Shown here one piece after another: positions 19,457-30,685 of a stretch of 50,657 nucleotides of DNA. Every line of letters starts with the position of its first letter. Position 1 is the stretch's first letter. This stretch comes from a virus (taxonomy: Duplodnaviria > Caudoviricetes): the IMG/VR virus record IMGVR_UViG_3300012917_000005, positions 1 to 50,657 of that record, one strand, 5' to 3'. The position numbers and the translations under genes were made by a program. The notes under the pieces were generated by a model. The model was not told the DNA's origin. It ran no database searches and worked only from the letters and a program-made list of their open reading frames with translations.

Positions 19457-22400
19457 TGGCTGAAACAGCTCCTATCTCTCTACAAGATACTAATCAGGAT
19501 CAACAGGCTCCTTTAATTGATTTATCTTTAGCTAGAGATCCTCAACCTAATCTTCCTGATGATGTAGTAACTAAAAGAGCTTCTAAGGCTACATTTGGTT
19601 TATTAGATCAAGTTCCTAATAAGCCTTATGATACCTATTATCGTTCAATACTTAATGGTCAAGAGAATCAAACTCGTAGAGAGATTGCAAGTACTTTAGA
19701 TTATCAACGTACTATGCAAAAGTACGATCGTATTCAAGACTTAGCTAAATCTAAAGGTAGTGCTTTAACTTCTGAAGATTTAGATAATTTACAGAACTTC
19801 ATTAATGTTCCTCCTGCAGATCCTAGATCTGTCTTCGAAGACAACTATTCTAAGAAATATATGAATACTCTACGTCAAGCTCCAGGATTTCCTGGTTCAT
19901 GGTATGATACTGTCTATCAACAACAACCAGAGTTAGTAGAGGCTACAGAAGCAGTAGGTAGTGAATATTTAGCTAAGAAAGAATATGCTAGGACTGGCAG
20001 AGAGAATGCTGAAGGTAGATCTAAAGCTCAGTCTTACTTTGGAGATGTAATAGATAGAGCTAAGGAATTCATACCTGGCTATGTTGAATACAATATGCGT
20101 ATGGCTACACCTTCAGGTGAGTCTATGCTTCAAGGATTACTTGGAACACAGTTAAATAACTTAGCTACCGAAGGATTAAGATTACCTTTACCACAGTTCA
20201 AAGAATGGTTTGATTCCAATATGGATAGATTAGGTAATAAAGATCCTGGTCTTGCTGTACAGTTTGCTCATGCCGTAGAAGGGCAATCTTTAACGGATAC
20301 TGTTCTTGGTAATGCTTTTACTCTAGGAGATATTACTGGTCTTTATGGAGCAGGTAAAGGAACTGTAAAGATTGTACGAGGTCTAGCTACTAAAGAATTA
20401 GATCGTAGAGAATTACAAGATATAACTAAGAAATTAGCTCAATCTTCTATAGGAACTGAGAAAGCTCCTCCTCAAGTAGTAGCTAATGCTGCTGCAGGTG
20501 ATCTAGGAGAAGCAGCAGTACATCAAGCTACTGCAGATGTAATGGCTGCTAGGACTGGAGCAGGAGCTCCAGAAGCTCAAGCATTAGATGAGTTAACATC
20601 TCATCTTAAAGCTCAAGAAGATAATATGAGAGCTACTCATGGTCGTTATGGTCAAGAGATAGTTAATCGTGTCTTAGAGAGAGCTCAAACATTCAGAGCT
20701 AATCTTTCAGAAGCTATACGTAACCGTATGAAAGTAGAACGTATTCCTGAGGTAGTAGCTACTCAAGATGCTATTAGAGCCATTAAACAAGAGTTCTTAA
20801 ACGATTACCCAGGAATAGATAGTTCTATTATAAATATTAATTCTTTCTTGAATTTAGAAGGTTTAAGATATAATGAAATAACAGGTACTAGAGAGATAGT
20901 AACTCAACTAGGAAGACAAGTACCTAACGTACATGATATTGTTTTACAAGTAGGTAGACATACAGCAGAGTATTTCGTTAGTAAAGAGGAAGCTGAAGGC
21001 TTTGCTAAGATGTACGGGCTTATCAATCCTCAAATTAAACAGCAAGGATTTGGTTATTATATTGAATTAAGTAAACCTCTTAATGAGACATCTCAAGTAT
21101 CTAGAGATTTCTTAATGGCGACTACAGCATCTAAAGCTCCAGATAGTTATGTTAATGCTTTCTTAGGTTTCTTAAGAACTCCAGACGAGACTTTATCTTT
21201 AGAACAGAGACTTAATCGTAAAGTAGCTGCTTATGGTGGTGCTAATTTGATGGCAGTTGCTAAAGAAGAGATGAAAAGTATTAGAGCTTTAGCTAAATGG
21301 ACTATCCCAGGAACTCCTAAGAGACAACAGTTTGATCAATGGGCAAGTGTTGTTAATTACAGTCGACGCGCTATTGATCCTTTAACAACTGAAAGAGGAT
21401 ATTTCTATCAATCTCCTGCTGAGGTAGGAGATCATTACCAGACTTTCTTTGGTAGACCTCCGTCGGATGGAGAGATACAAGCTTATTTCTCATTCGTACG
21501 TCTAGTAGAAATGGATGCTGTCTTACGTGACATAGGTCTATATAGAAATATGTCTCGTCTAGGTACTGAACATTGGCAATTCTCTATGTTAAATCAAGGT
21601 GGAGAAGAGATTAAATCAGGTTTCTTTCCAGCTATTAAACAGAATATATTTCCTATAGGTTCTGATCCTATTCTTATATTAGGTACTGCCTTGGGTGAAG
21701 AGAAGCTGGGTGTTGTAGGTGGAAGAGGTTTTAATCCTAAGTTCGTCAATCAAGTCAGAGATGATATTGCTGCAGGTACTAGATCTGTTTTTAGAATCTA
21801 TGATCCTGAGACTAGACCTCTGAAAGGATTTCTTAATGGAGATGACTCCCGTATTAGATATGTAATTACTTCTAACGTAAGAGGGGCTGAAAATAAACCT
21901 TTACCATTCAGTAATCTATCACGTCGTGGAGGCGGTCATTTTGATTATGATTATGATCACTATATTAAACAGGCTAGAGTAGGTTGGGATAACGCTTATA
22001 AGAAGTTTATCTATGAAGGTGATTCTACCATCATGCCTATGCTTAACAGAGCAATGGGTAGGGATGTAGCTCAAGCTTTAGATGAAGTTAGAATAGCTTT
22101 ACTTAATAGAGATTCTACAGCAGCTAAAACTGTAGCTGAGTCTCGTATACCTGCTATACCATGGAAAGAAATACAAAGTTGGTTTAATCCTACACGTACT
22201 CCAGCAGGTGAATTAATTCCCGCTCGTCTTAATAAAAGAGAACCTATTCAAGTAATACCTAAAGGAAGTACTATAGCTAGTCAAGATCCTGGTCTGTATA
22301 AAAGAGACTATTACGGTCAGACTAAAACAGGTGGTCCTAGATTTAAGGATGGTACTAGGGAAGGTTCAGACGCTAGAGTAAATCAAATTAAATATACTCA

Positions 22401-24444
22401 ACAACGAGATGCTTATGATTTATACACTATGCGTGATGAAGGAACTCATGGTAATCCTATATGGAAATATGAACCTGCTCAGTTAATCGATCCTATTCCT
22501 ACTCTTAATAGAGGTATTAAGGATATAGTTAATTCTACATTTATGGATGATTATAAGATCTTCTCTGTAGAGCATTGGCTTAAGCAAGCTGAGTCTTTAC
22601 TTAAATTAGATAATCCAGATTCCTGGAAGTCTTCTCCTATGTGGCATTTCAATCACGCTGAGTTTAAGAATGATGCAGATATTCTTCAAGTAAGACAATT
22701 AGAGGATGCTCGATATAAGATTAAACAGTTCATAGGTACTCCGTCTAAAGTACAGAATATGTTAGATCGAATGTCTCAAGATTTAGCAGATGCTATGTAT
22801 AAGAAGTTTGGTCCAGGTGGTAATCAATTAACTAGAGGTCTGATATTAGCTCCATCTTGGACTGTATCTAATCTAACTAAGCCTATAGATCTTATGCATT
22901 ATGTAACTTATAATGCAGTGATTGGTCTATTCTCTCCTGCTCAGATACTTGTTCAATCTATGAACTATGTGACTATGGCTGGTATTGCTGGCTGGAGTAG
23001 AGCTGCTCAAGGAGGTGTTGCAGCTTTATTACATCAGTTTGGAAGACTTAATGAACATCCTGATTGGATAGCTAAGCTTGATGATATAGCTTCTAAGTTC
23101 GGATTTAAACCTGGTGAGTTTACAGAAGCTAGGATGTTAGGCAACCAGTCTGGTATGTTTAATGTCGGTTCTTCTCATATCTTATATGATAATCATTATG
23201 CTCCTAAGTTAATATCTAATGGGGCTCAACAGTTCTTAGATTTAGGAACTATGTTCTTTAGAGGAGCTGAACAACACTCTAGATTTGGAGCTCATTATAT
23301 AGCTTATAAAGAGTTTAGAGATTTACACCCTACTGGACGTATTACAAATGCGGATAGGGCAGCCATTCTGGACAGAGCTGACTTACTATCGGGTAATATG
23401 TCCAGAGCTTCTAAGTCTAGAATTCAATATGGTATAGGTTCTTTCCCATCTCAATTTATGGGGTACCAATTAAGATTAGCAGAATTATTTACTGGTAGTC
23501 GAATGGGAGGTACAGGTACTGAAGCTGCTATTAATAGAGCTAGATTGTTTGGTACATTCGCTCTTGCCTTCGGTGTTCCTACAGCTACAGGTATAGCAAC
23601 TATTCCATTTGATCAGTACTTCAGAAAGACAGCTCTAGAGAATGGTTATGTTGTAGGAGACAGATGGTGGCAGACTACCTTCATGGAAGGATTACCTGCA
23701 GCACTAGGACAGATGGCTACAGGTAACGTTTATGACGTAGGTCAGAGATATGGCGCTCCTGGAATGGATGTCTTTAGAGATGTCTTTACAGGCGATAAGC
23801 CATGGTGGAATATGTTAGGTGGTGCATCCTTCTCTACATTAGCAGGAGCATTCCAATATTCTAATGGTTTTAGAACTGCTATGATGTCCATGATTAGACA
23901 AGATAATGAAGCATTCCCTATGACTATGGAAACATTTACAGAACCTCTTAAGATCATATCTTCTTACAGTGCTGCTTGGAAGACAATGGCAGCTATTAAT
24001 ACAGGAAGATGGATGTCTCGTAATGAAACTTACATAGATAGAACTTCTCCGGCTAATGCTGTATTTATGGGTCTATCTGGATTGCAATCTCAGCAAGCTG
24101 CAGATATTCAAAGACAAACCTGGTCTTTAAAAGATAGAAAAGCATTAGAAGATACTGGTAAGAAAGAGTTTATTAGATACTTTCATAGAGCTTTAAGAGA
24201 TCAAGAAATGAATCCTGAATTAGCTAGATCAGAGTTTGCTCAGGCTAATGCTTATTTAGTTATCTCTGGATATCCGGAAGAGAAATATCATGAAGCTATA
24301 GCCGAAGCTGCTAAAGATAACGAAACATTAATAGAACGTCTTAATTGGGATTTTTATCTCAAAGATATTCCCTACTCTCAGAAAGAGAACTATATGCGTG
24401 CATACAATTCTACTACTCAATTATATCAAGGAAGAGGTAGGTAA
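19456..24444 (+). CDS. Large internal virion (ejection) protein
   Basis: 1662 aa, helical; gene position. Confidence 0.7.
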   Translation: MAETAPISLQDTNQDQQAPLIDLSLARDPQPNLPDDVVTKRASKATFGLLDQVPNKPYDTYYRSILNGQENQTRREIASTLDYQRTMQKYDRIQDLAKSKGSALTSEDLDNLQNFINVPPADPRSVFEDNYSKKYMNTLRQAPGFPGSWYDTVYQQQPELVEATEAVGSEYLAKKEYARTGRENAEGRSKAQSYFGDVIDRAKEFIPGYVEYNMRMATPSGESMLQGLLGTQLNNLATEGLRLPLPQFKEWFDSNMDRLGNKDPGLAVQFAHAVEGQSLTDTVLGNAFTLGDITGLYGAGKGTVKIVRGLATKELDRRELQDITKKLAQSSIGTEKAPPQVVANAAAGDLGEAAVHQATADVMAARTGAGAPEAQALDELTSHLKAQEDNMRATHGRYGQEIVNRVLERAQTFRANLSEAIRNRMKVERIPEVVATQDAIRAIKQEFLNDYPGIDSSIININSFLNLEGLRYNEITGTREIVTQLGRQVPNVHDIVLQVGRHTAEYFVSKEEAEGFAKMYGLINPQIKQQGFGYYIELSKPLNETSQVSRDFLMATTASKAPDSYVNAFLGFLRTPDETLSLEQRLNRKVAAYGGANLMAVAKEEMKSIRALAKWTIPGTPKRQQFDQWASVVNYSRRAIDPLTTERGYFYQSPAEVGDHYQTFFGRPPSDGEIQAYFSFVRLVEMDAVLRDIGLYRNMSRLGTEHWQFSMLNQGGEEIKSGFFPAIKQNIFPIGSDPILILGTALGEEKLGVVGGRGFNPKFVNQVRDDIAAGTRSVFRIYDPETRPLKGFLNGDDSRIRYVITSNVRGAENKPLPFSNLSRRGGGHFDYDYDHYIKQARVGWDNAYKKFIYEGDSTIMPMLNRAMGRDVAQALDEVRIALLNRDSTAAKTVAESRIPAIPWKEIQSWFNPTRTPAGELIPARLNKREPIQVIPKGSTIASQDPGLYKRDYYGQTKTGGPRFKDGTREGSDARVNQIKYTQQRDAYDLYTMRDEGTHGNPIWKYEPAQLIDPIPTLNRGIKDIVNSTFMDDYKIFSVEHWLKQAESLLKLDNPDSWKSSPMWHFNHAEFKNDADILQVRQLEDARYKIKQFIGTPSKVQNMLDRMSQDLADAMYKKFGPGGNQLTRGLILAPSWTVSNLTKPIDLMHYVTYNAVIGLFSPAQILVQSMNYVTMAGIAGWSRAAQGGVAALLHQFGRLNEHPDWIAKLDDIASKFGFKPGEFTEARMLGNQSGMFNVGSSHILYDNHYAPKLISNGAQQFLDLGTMFFRGAEQHSRFGAHYIAYKEFRDLHPTGRITNADRAAILDRADLLSGNMSRASKSRIQYGIGSFPSQFMGYQLRLAELFTGSRMGGTGTEAAINRARLFGTFALAFGVPTATGIATIPFDQYFRKTALENGYVVGDRWWQTTFMEGLPAALGQMATGNVYDVGQRYGAPGMDVFRDVFTGDKPWWNMLGGASFSTLAGAFQYSNGFRTAMMSMIRQDNEAFPMTMETFTEPLKIISSYSAAWKTMAAINTGRWMSRNETYIDRTSPANAVFMGLSGLQSQQAADIQRQTWSLKDRKALEDTGKKEFIRYFHRALRDQEMNPELARSEFAQANAYLVISGYPEEKYHEAIAEAAKDNETLIERLNWDFYLKDIPYSQKENYMRAYNSTTQLYQGRGR

Positions 24445-26747
24445 TGGCTCCTGTTAATCCACAAGTACCTCAGGTTTCAGATCCTTTCTACCTACATTTA
24501 TCTAGACCTGCTCAAGAACCTACTCCTGATAAATCTGGAGGTACTCTTTTTAAAACAATAGGAACTGCTTTAGAAGATACTGGTAAGTTAGTTGATACCG
24601 GTATCAAAGGATATATTAAAGATGACATAACTAAACAGATGACTTCTATAGATGAAGAGAATATCTCAGGTTTAGAATCTACTAAGGCAGCTATTGAAGG
24701 TGGTACTCAAGTAGCTCAGAACACTCAAGGTAATCAACCTAATGATGTTTTAACAGCACAAGGTAGTGCTGCAGTTCCTTCTGATATTCATCAAGGTATT
24801 AATGCTGTTCAAATGCTTCAAGATGTAAGAAATAATGGTAAGATAACTGAATCCTATAAATTAGGAAGGCAGTATCAGATTCTTAAAGATACTAGAGCTC
24901 AATGGCCTATGTATAGAGATTATATTGATAAAGAATCAGAAAAGATTACGGGTAAAAACATAGCTAATGCTTATGCTAATTCTCTTATAGGAGATCTTAA
25001 TGCAGCTAATGCAGGTAAGCAAAAACAACATGATGAATTACTTTCTACTCTAGAACAAGAAATTAGATCTGGTAATGAACAGGCAGCTTTTCTTAAAAAT
25101 AGATTAATCAGAGGTGAAATATCTGATGATGAAGGGAGAGTATCGGCAGCTAGATTAAATGCTTATAAGTATAATTACACAGTAGACCAACAGCAGAATC
25201 AACGTAAAGAATGGACTATAAAAGATGAGAAAGAAGCTGCTCCTGATTTAGCAGATAAACTTCTACATAAATCATCAGATACTTATGCACATTCTATTTC
25301 TCAACCTGAAGCTTCAGATACAGTTCTTAAGTCTCTTCAGAATGCAACTCTTACTCCTGAACAAGCTCAAGTAGCTTTACAAAAGATACAGTTGCTTAAG
25401 AATGCTGCTAAGACATCTATGGAAAGAGATATAAACGATCCTAAATCAGGGATTAATGGGAAGTCTTTATTTACTATATTAGGTCCAACAGATGCTAAAG
25501 CAAGAATAGATTCTAAATTAGAATACTTTGATCGTATATCAGATCTCTTGTCTAATGGTCAATATGGTCAAATACATTCAGCTACTAATGCTTATAATGC
25601 TATTACATCTACGTCTAAGCTTAGTCTTATGAATGATGCTACTATGGGAGGATTCTTCAGAACTCAATCTGCCCTTGTAGCTGTAGGTGGAGATCCTTTT
25701 GCTAAAGAAGTATCTCAATATTTTATAAATAAAAACTTAGGAGGTTCTCCTGGAGTTAAGACTTGGTTAGAGGATTTCGCTGGTAAACAGATGACTGGAA
25801 CTTCTACCACTAATATGAAAGGTGGTGTAGACCAAGTTAATGCTGCTAAAGATATTCCTGCAGCTACTAAAGCTAAGACTATAGATGAAATGATTCATAA
25901 TGTAGAACGTATATCTGATCCTAAGACTCCAGATAATGTTAAAGTAAATCTTATTAGAGATGCTTATAGTTCTCAAAACTTAGGTTTAGTATCTAAATTT
26001 GAGAAAGAGAATGGATCTAATTTATCTGTCTTCGGTAGAATGACTTCTCCAGATATGGCTAAAGAGATATGGAGATTAGGAGGACAGTCTATTAATAATC
26101 CTCTATGGCAGAACTACAGGTCTTGGGCTACCCAATCCTTCGGTCAAGAGATATTTGCTGGAGAGCTTAGGCAATTATCTGCTGCTCAAGCAGGATTAGC
26201 AGGAACTCCTCATTTTGAACGAGGAGGTATAGGCGGAACAGGACAAGGATCTATTGGTTGGGATACTGTCAATCATAGACTTGTAGCTGATTTTCCTAAT
26301 ATAAGTGCATTCGATAGTATTAGAAAGAATGTTAATAGAATTAACTATGGTCTTCATAATATTAAATCTATAGCTGAGACTGAAGGTACAGATATTAATT
26401 CTTATATGTTAGGTGAATTACAGAGGTTTGGAGCTGTTAATCCTGAAGTTATGAAGGGATTACCTCAACAGATGTACGATTCTATAGCTAAACAGAAACA
26501 GAATGAAGATGCTTTCAAAGCAGCAGTCAAAGAAAAGTATAAGAAGAGAGAGGATACAGGAGAAACTCCATCTCCTAAACCTTCAACACCTACTAGAAAG
26601 TTAGATTCAAATCCAACTCCAACTTCTTCAGATTTAAAACGACATGCAGATGAAGATGTAGAAGAGATTGCAAATAAATATAAGTTAACTCCTGAATTGA
26701 AAGAAGCTCTTCGTCAAAGAGCTTATGATGCCAGAGGTATTAAATAG
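24444..26747 (+). CDS. Internal virion protein
   Basis: 767 aa, helical; coupled to the previous gene. Confidence 0.65.
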   Translation: MAPVNPQVPQVSDPFYLHLSRPAQEPTPDKSGGTLFKTIGTALEDTGKLVDTGIKGYIKDDITKQMTSIDEENISGLESTKAAIEGGTQVAQNTQGNQPNDVLTAQGSAAVPSDIHQGINAVQMLQDVRNNGKITESYKLGRQYQILKDTRAQWPMYRDYIDKESEKITGKNIANAYANSLIGDLNAANAGKQKQHDELLSTLEQEIRSGNEQAAFLKNRLIRGEISDDEGRVSAARLNAYKYNYTVDQQQNQRKEWTIKDEKEAAPDLADKLLHKSSDTYAHSISQPEASDTVLKSLQNATLTPEQAQVALQKIQLLKNAAKTSMERDINDPKSGINGKSLFTILGPTDAKARIDSKLEYFDRISDLLSNGQYGQIHSATNAYNAITSTSKLSLMNDATMGGFFRTQSALVAVGGDPFAKEVSQYFINKNLGGSPGVKTWLEDFAGKQMTGTSTTNMKGGVDQVNAAKDIPAATKAKTIDEMIHNVERISDPKTPDNVKVNLIRDAYSSQNLGLVSKFEKENGSNLSVFGRMTSPDMAKEIWRLGGQSINNPLWQNYRSWATQSFGQEIFAGELRQLSAAQAGLAGTPHFERGGIGGTGQGSIGWDTVNHRLVADFPNISAFDSIRKNVNRINYGLHNIKSIAETEGTDINSYMLGELQRFGAVNPEVMKGLPQQMYDSIAKQKQNEDAFKAAVKEKYKKREDTGETPSPKPSTPTRKLDSNPTPTSSDLKRHADEDVEEIANKYKLTPELKEALRQRAYDARGIK

Positions 26748-28954
26748 TGGGTATCTCCTATGGTGATGGTCGTTGGTTTGATAATGAATATGAAGCTGTA
26801 GCTGATTCTCATAGAGTAGCCTCAGATTTTCATGAACTATATAGTCCTCAAACATCAACTCCTTTATCTGACATCAATCCTGATAAGAACAAACCCATTA
26901 GTTCTAAGGACCAAAGATGGATTATAGATCAGAGTAGAGATTATCAAGATATACCTGGGCGTAAACTTCAACCAGATGCTCCTTTAGGTCCAGAGAATGA
27001 GATAACTCCTCACGGTAATCAGATTGTCTCCAGTGATCCTAATTACCCAATCAAGTATGGACCTATTCAATCAGAACGAGAGCCACTACGTCTTACGGTT
27101 ACTCCTAATATAGATGAGACTCAACCTGCTTTAACTGAGCCTAAAGATATTCACATTATCAGACATGGTACTACAGAAGAGAATGAAGAAGATAAGATTC
27201 GTGGAACTAATGATGATGTTAAGTTAAGTGACGAGGGTCGTAAACATGCCCTAGACGCCGCTGAGGAGCTCCGTGGTAAAGGTATAGAGGCTCTAGTGAC
27301 CTCACCCTTAGCTAGAGCAAAAGAGACATCCCAGATCATTGGTAAAGAGTTGGGAATACCTATCACGGTAAGTGATAAACTAAAGACTTGGAATGTAGGT
27401 GACTTCGAAGGTAAACCCTGTGAAGGTAATAACGATACGTTACAGAATTATGCAGAGAAGAAACCAGATGAAGTAGTACCTGGTGGAGAATCTTATAATC
27501 AATTTAAAGATAGAGCATTCGAAGGTATTAGAAAAGCTATCCTAGCTAACAAAGATAAGAAATTAGGTATAGTCACTCATCATATGGTCGAGAGTTCTTT
27601 AGAAGGTTGGGAGAAGACTGGACAAGATAATCCTAGTCTAGATCTATCTAAGTTATTTGAAGATACAAATCAACCAGGTTCTGTACGTAAGATGACTATG
27701 CAACCTGATAGTACCATTATGCAGCCAGATGATGATGATCGTGATCCATTTGAGATGGCTGCTATGCGTCAAAGGGAAACAGTTAAACCTGGTGGAATGT
27801 CATTAGCTGATTATTCTGAACATACGGGACATAATGTACGTAATTATGCAGGTTATCGTAAAAAGGGTAAAGCAACAGTATACGGCGAAGCTATTGCAAC
27901 TTCGCCATTTAGAGTAATTGGTAATGCCTTATTACGTGGTTCTCAAAACTTAATGGAAGCTCTTAAAACGATCTCAGATAGAGGACATGAAGGTTCTTTA
28001 ACTGATGAAGAAATCGAATCAATATCTCCTAAACTCTTTGAATTTATTAATCTGTTGAATGGACCTGCCCGTCCTATTCCTAATACTTTAGGAATGTTTG
28101 TTGCTCCATCTCTAGGTAAGAAACTATATGCAGAAGGATTGCGTAAATCTGGGAGGTCTCCTGAAGAAGTTAAAGCTCTGACTGGAGTAGAACACGGTGC
28201 AGAAGGAATGCTTCGGGAAGAAATCTCTGATTTACCTTCTAAAGTAGTTAATACAGAACTTTTAAAAAGTCTTACACTTCCTTTAGAATGGGTATTTGAT
28301 CATCCTGAATTATACAAAGTGTACCCTGAACTCAAAGATGTAAAGATATTTTATAATCCTAAACTACCTGAAACTACAGATGCAAGATTTATGTCAGTTG
28401 ATAATGAAATACAATTAAATCCTTCATTAACAGATCCTATGGATATTCATGATGCTATTCTTCATGAAGTACAGCACTGGATTCAAAATAAAGAAGGATT
28501 TGCATTCAATGTTCCTTCTGATGCTCCTGAATCATTTGTAAAAGCATTTGGAACTAGAATGCGTAAGGAAGGAGTTACAGAATCTCCTAAAGAAAGAATA
28601 TATAGACAATTAGCATCTGAAGTAGAAGCTAGGAATACTCAGAAGAGAGCAGGTATGACTGAGTTAGAAAGACGAACATCTCTTGCTAAAGAGACCGAAG
28701 ATATTAAGAGATCTTATCAACTTATCTTTGATGAGAAAGGTAATAGAATAGATGCTTCTATGTCTAAAAATCCCTCTATGGCTAAAGACACAGATTTCAC
28801 AATAAAGAAACGAAAAGAATTAGAATCTGATGCTGCTTTTGAAGCTATGGCTGCTAAGACTAAAGCAAGTCTAACAAAGAAGAGAAAAGAGAATCCTCGT
28901 TTTAGATTTAGAGGAGAAGCTCCAGATTGGTTTAAAGAAGAAATGAAACAATAA
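26747..28954 (+). CDS. Polyvalent protein: histidine phosphatase domain plus HExxH (LPD23-like) domain
   Basis: IIRHG, TSPLARAKET, PGGES and IVTH phosphatase motifs; LHEVQHWIQ..EGF and EVEARNTQKR. Confidence 0.8.
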   Translation: MGISYGDGRWFDNEYEAVADSHRVASDFHELYSPQTSTPLSDINPDKNKPISSKDQRWIIDQSRDYQDIPGRKLQPDAPLGPENEITPHGNQIVSSDPNYPIKYGPIQSEREPLRLTVTPNIDETQPALTEPKDIHIIRHGTTEENEEDKIRGTNDDVKLSDEGRKHALDAAEELRGKGIEALVTSPLARAKETSQIIGKELGIPITVSDKLKTWNVGDFEGKPCEGNNDTLQNYAEKKPDEVVPGGESYNQFKDRAFEGIRKAILANKDKKLGIVTHHMVESSLEGWEKTGQDNPSLDLSKLFEDTNQPGSVRKMTMQPDSTIMQPDDDDRDPFEMAAMRQRETVKPGGMSLADYSEHTGHNVRNYAGYRKKGKATVYGEAIATSPFRVIGNALLRGSQNLMEALKTISDRGHEGSLTDEEIESISPKLFEFINLLNGPARPIPNTLGMFVAPSLGKKLYAEGLRKSGRSPEEVKALTGVEHGAEGMLREEISDLPSKVVNTELLKSLTLPLEWVFDHPELYKVYPELKDVKIFYNPKLPETTDARFMSVDNEIQLNPSLTDPMDIHDAILHEVQHWIQNKEGFAFNVPSDAPESFVKAFGTRMRKEGVTESPKERIYRQLASEVEARNTQKRAGMTELERRTSLAKETEDIKRSYQLIFDEKGNRIDASMSKNPSMAKDTDFTIKKRKELESDAAFEAMAAKTKASLTKKRKENPRFRFRGEAPDWFKEEMKQ

Positions 28955-28977
28955 AGAGTTAAAATATCATCTAGACA

Positions 28978-29014
28978 TAAAAATAGCCTCGGTAAGCGAA
29001 AGCCTACCGAGGCT
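28978..29014 (-). terminator. Intrinsic terminator where the two arms converge
   Basis: AGCCTCGGTA...TACCGAGGCT stem followed by ATTTTT on the - strand. Confidence 0.8.
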
Positions 29015-29105
29015 TAGTCATGTGTGGGGTATGTGGCTTGTATAACCCCTTGTACGTTTCTTACATCAGGGGCCTGGCCTGATGATCTACTCTCTTCGTA
29101 GATTG

Positions 29106-29639
29106 TTATGCTGCTTCAGATAACCTAATCGCTGGAGGTTCTGTCGTATTAGCAGTAGTTTCGGAAAGAGGAATCACCTTAGCCGGTGGTGTCCAGTCCC
29201 ATGCTTCCAGATCCTCAATTGCATCGATGATGACATTGTAATCAGCACCATTATCTCTGGTGTAATCATAACCTTCTTCGTCTAGACGACAGGCTACAAC
29301 GATACGTTCAATCCTCTTAATCTCTTCACTAAGCTTAGCTACGTACTGATTGTAACCATCCTCATCTCGGACTACAGTAGGATCGACCCAACGTAACCAG
29401 TCAGTTAACTGGTAAACACTCTGGTAATGAAAATCATTCAGGTCGTGATCTTCATCTCCAATACGAAACTTACCAGTCTTCAACCATTCTACAGCTTCAG
29501 CCAGAGTCTTAGGTCTGGGATCTACCAGGCCAAAACGCTTAGCAGCCTCTTCCTGCTTCTTTGTAACAATATTGTTGATCTCTCGGAGGAAGTAGTTCTT
29601 GCTCTGAGCAGTGACATCTTCTTCGTTATTGTACCACAT
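29106..29639 (-). CDS. Hypothetical protein (start revised to MWYNNEED)
   Basis: AAGGAGACTACCATG RBS; the longer ORF start overlaps the HNH-like gene. Confidence 0.7.
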   Translation of the reverse strand: MWYNNEEDVTAQSKNYFLREINNIVTKKQEEAAKRFGLVDPRPKTLAEAVEWLKTGKFRIGDEDHDLNDFHYQSVYQLTDWLRWVDPTVVRDEDGYNQYVAKLSEEIKRIERIVVACRLDEEGYDYTRDNGADYNVIIDAIEDLEAWDWTPPAKVIPLSETTANTTEPPAIRLSEAA

Positions 29640-29667
29640 GGTAGTCTCCTTAGTTAAAGGAACTAAT

Positions 29668-29901
29668 TTAATGTCTAGGGGGTTGTCTTGATAAGTTGGC
29701 GTGAGCAGACGTAACAACTGTTGGGACCTTATCCAGAGATCCTGTTCTATGGAATCCAATGTGGTCCAACTGTTTGTGGTCGCCTTTAGTGACCTTTCCA
29801 AGTCGTTCAGCATGCGCTCTAGCTGAATTACGAGCTTCCCGACGTCTAACTTGAGCGGGAGTATCTTCCCATTTTGTTTCTTTTGCATAGTTTCTACTCA
29901 T
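29668..29901 (-). CDS. Small HNH-like protein
   Basis: RNYAKE...ARN.AR...KGD.KQLDH...N pattern of small phage HNH proteins. Confidence 0.6.
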   Translation of the reverse strand: MSRNYAKETKWEDTPAQVRRREARNSARAHAERLGKVTKGDHKQLDHIGFHRTGSLDKVPTVVTSAHANLSRQPPRH

Positions 29902-30065
29902 ATTTATGTTTCCATGTATTATAAAATGTTTTCTTAAATAGGTCAGTATGTTCAGGCCATTTCATACAAGCTACTATACAAAGTACTGCATATGCTCTAA
30001 TATCACCATCAAATTCTTTTCTTGTAAACTCTATTATTTCTAACTGTTCTTTAGTAAGAGTATTT

Positions 30066-30401
30066 TTATTCATATACTCTAACCTTAATTTCCGATTGTT
30101 TACGTTCTTGTTTATTTAAGGCAATTGTAAGAGGTATCTCCAAGTTTAAATATCCATTAAGAGATTTAGCATTCTCCCACATAGGAGCTATCTTTCCAAA
30201 TACAAAATGAACTACTTCTTCATCATCTGTGACCCAATTGTGTCTTCTTAGTTCTTCTTCAATCAAATCCTTAATATGACCTATACTAATACTTGTTTCT
30301 ATTGTTCTAGAATTTTTATCTAGTTTTATAACTTGTTTATCTTTGAAACGTTGTTGGTCGTATACAACGGCATCCTCTTTAATCTTCGTTACGATGTTCA
30401 T
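30066..30401 (-). CDS. Hypothetical protein (start revised to MNIVTK)
   Basis: AGGAG upstream of the ATG at 30401. Confidence 0.6.
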   Translation of the reverse strand: MNIVTKIKEDAVVYDQQRFKDKQVIKLDKNSRTIETSISIGHIKDLIEEELRRHNWVTDDEEVVHFVFGKIAPMWENAKSLNGYLNLEIPLTIALNKQERKQSEIKVRVYE

Positions 30402-30685
30402 CTTCTTCTCCTGTCGAGGGTCGCCGTTTAGAGGCGCTCTGCTCTCGCCTGGCTTTCTTCTTCTGCTCAATTTTCAATCTTTCTAATCTGTTGGTTGGAT
30501 GTTTATTCTTGCTCATGGTAATAACTTATGGATATCGAATGGAGTCGAATACATTAAGATACAGGCTCTACCTAGACATGTAGACATACTATTAATGTAT
30601 ATTAACGCTGTAAGGATTCCTAAAATAAACCATATAAGTCTATGTAGTAGTTTATCTACGATATCGATTATAGCCATAATGTACC

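Noticed and set aside
29640-29888. 5' extension of ORF 29106-29888
   Set aside because: Overlaps the HNH-like gene; strong RBS at 29639
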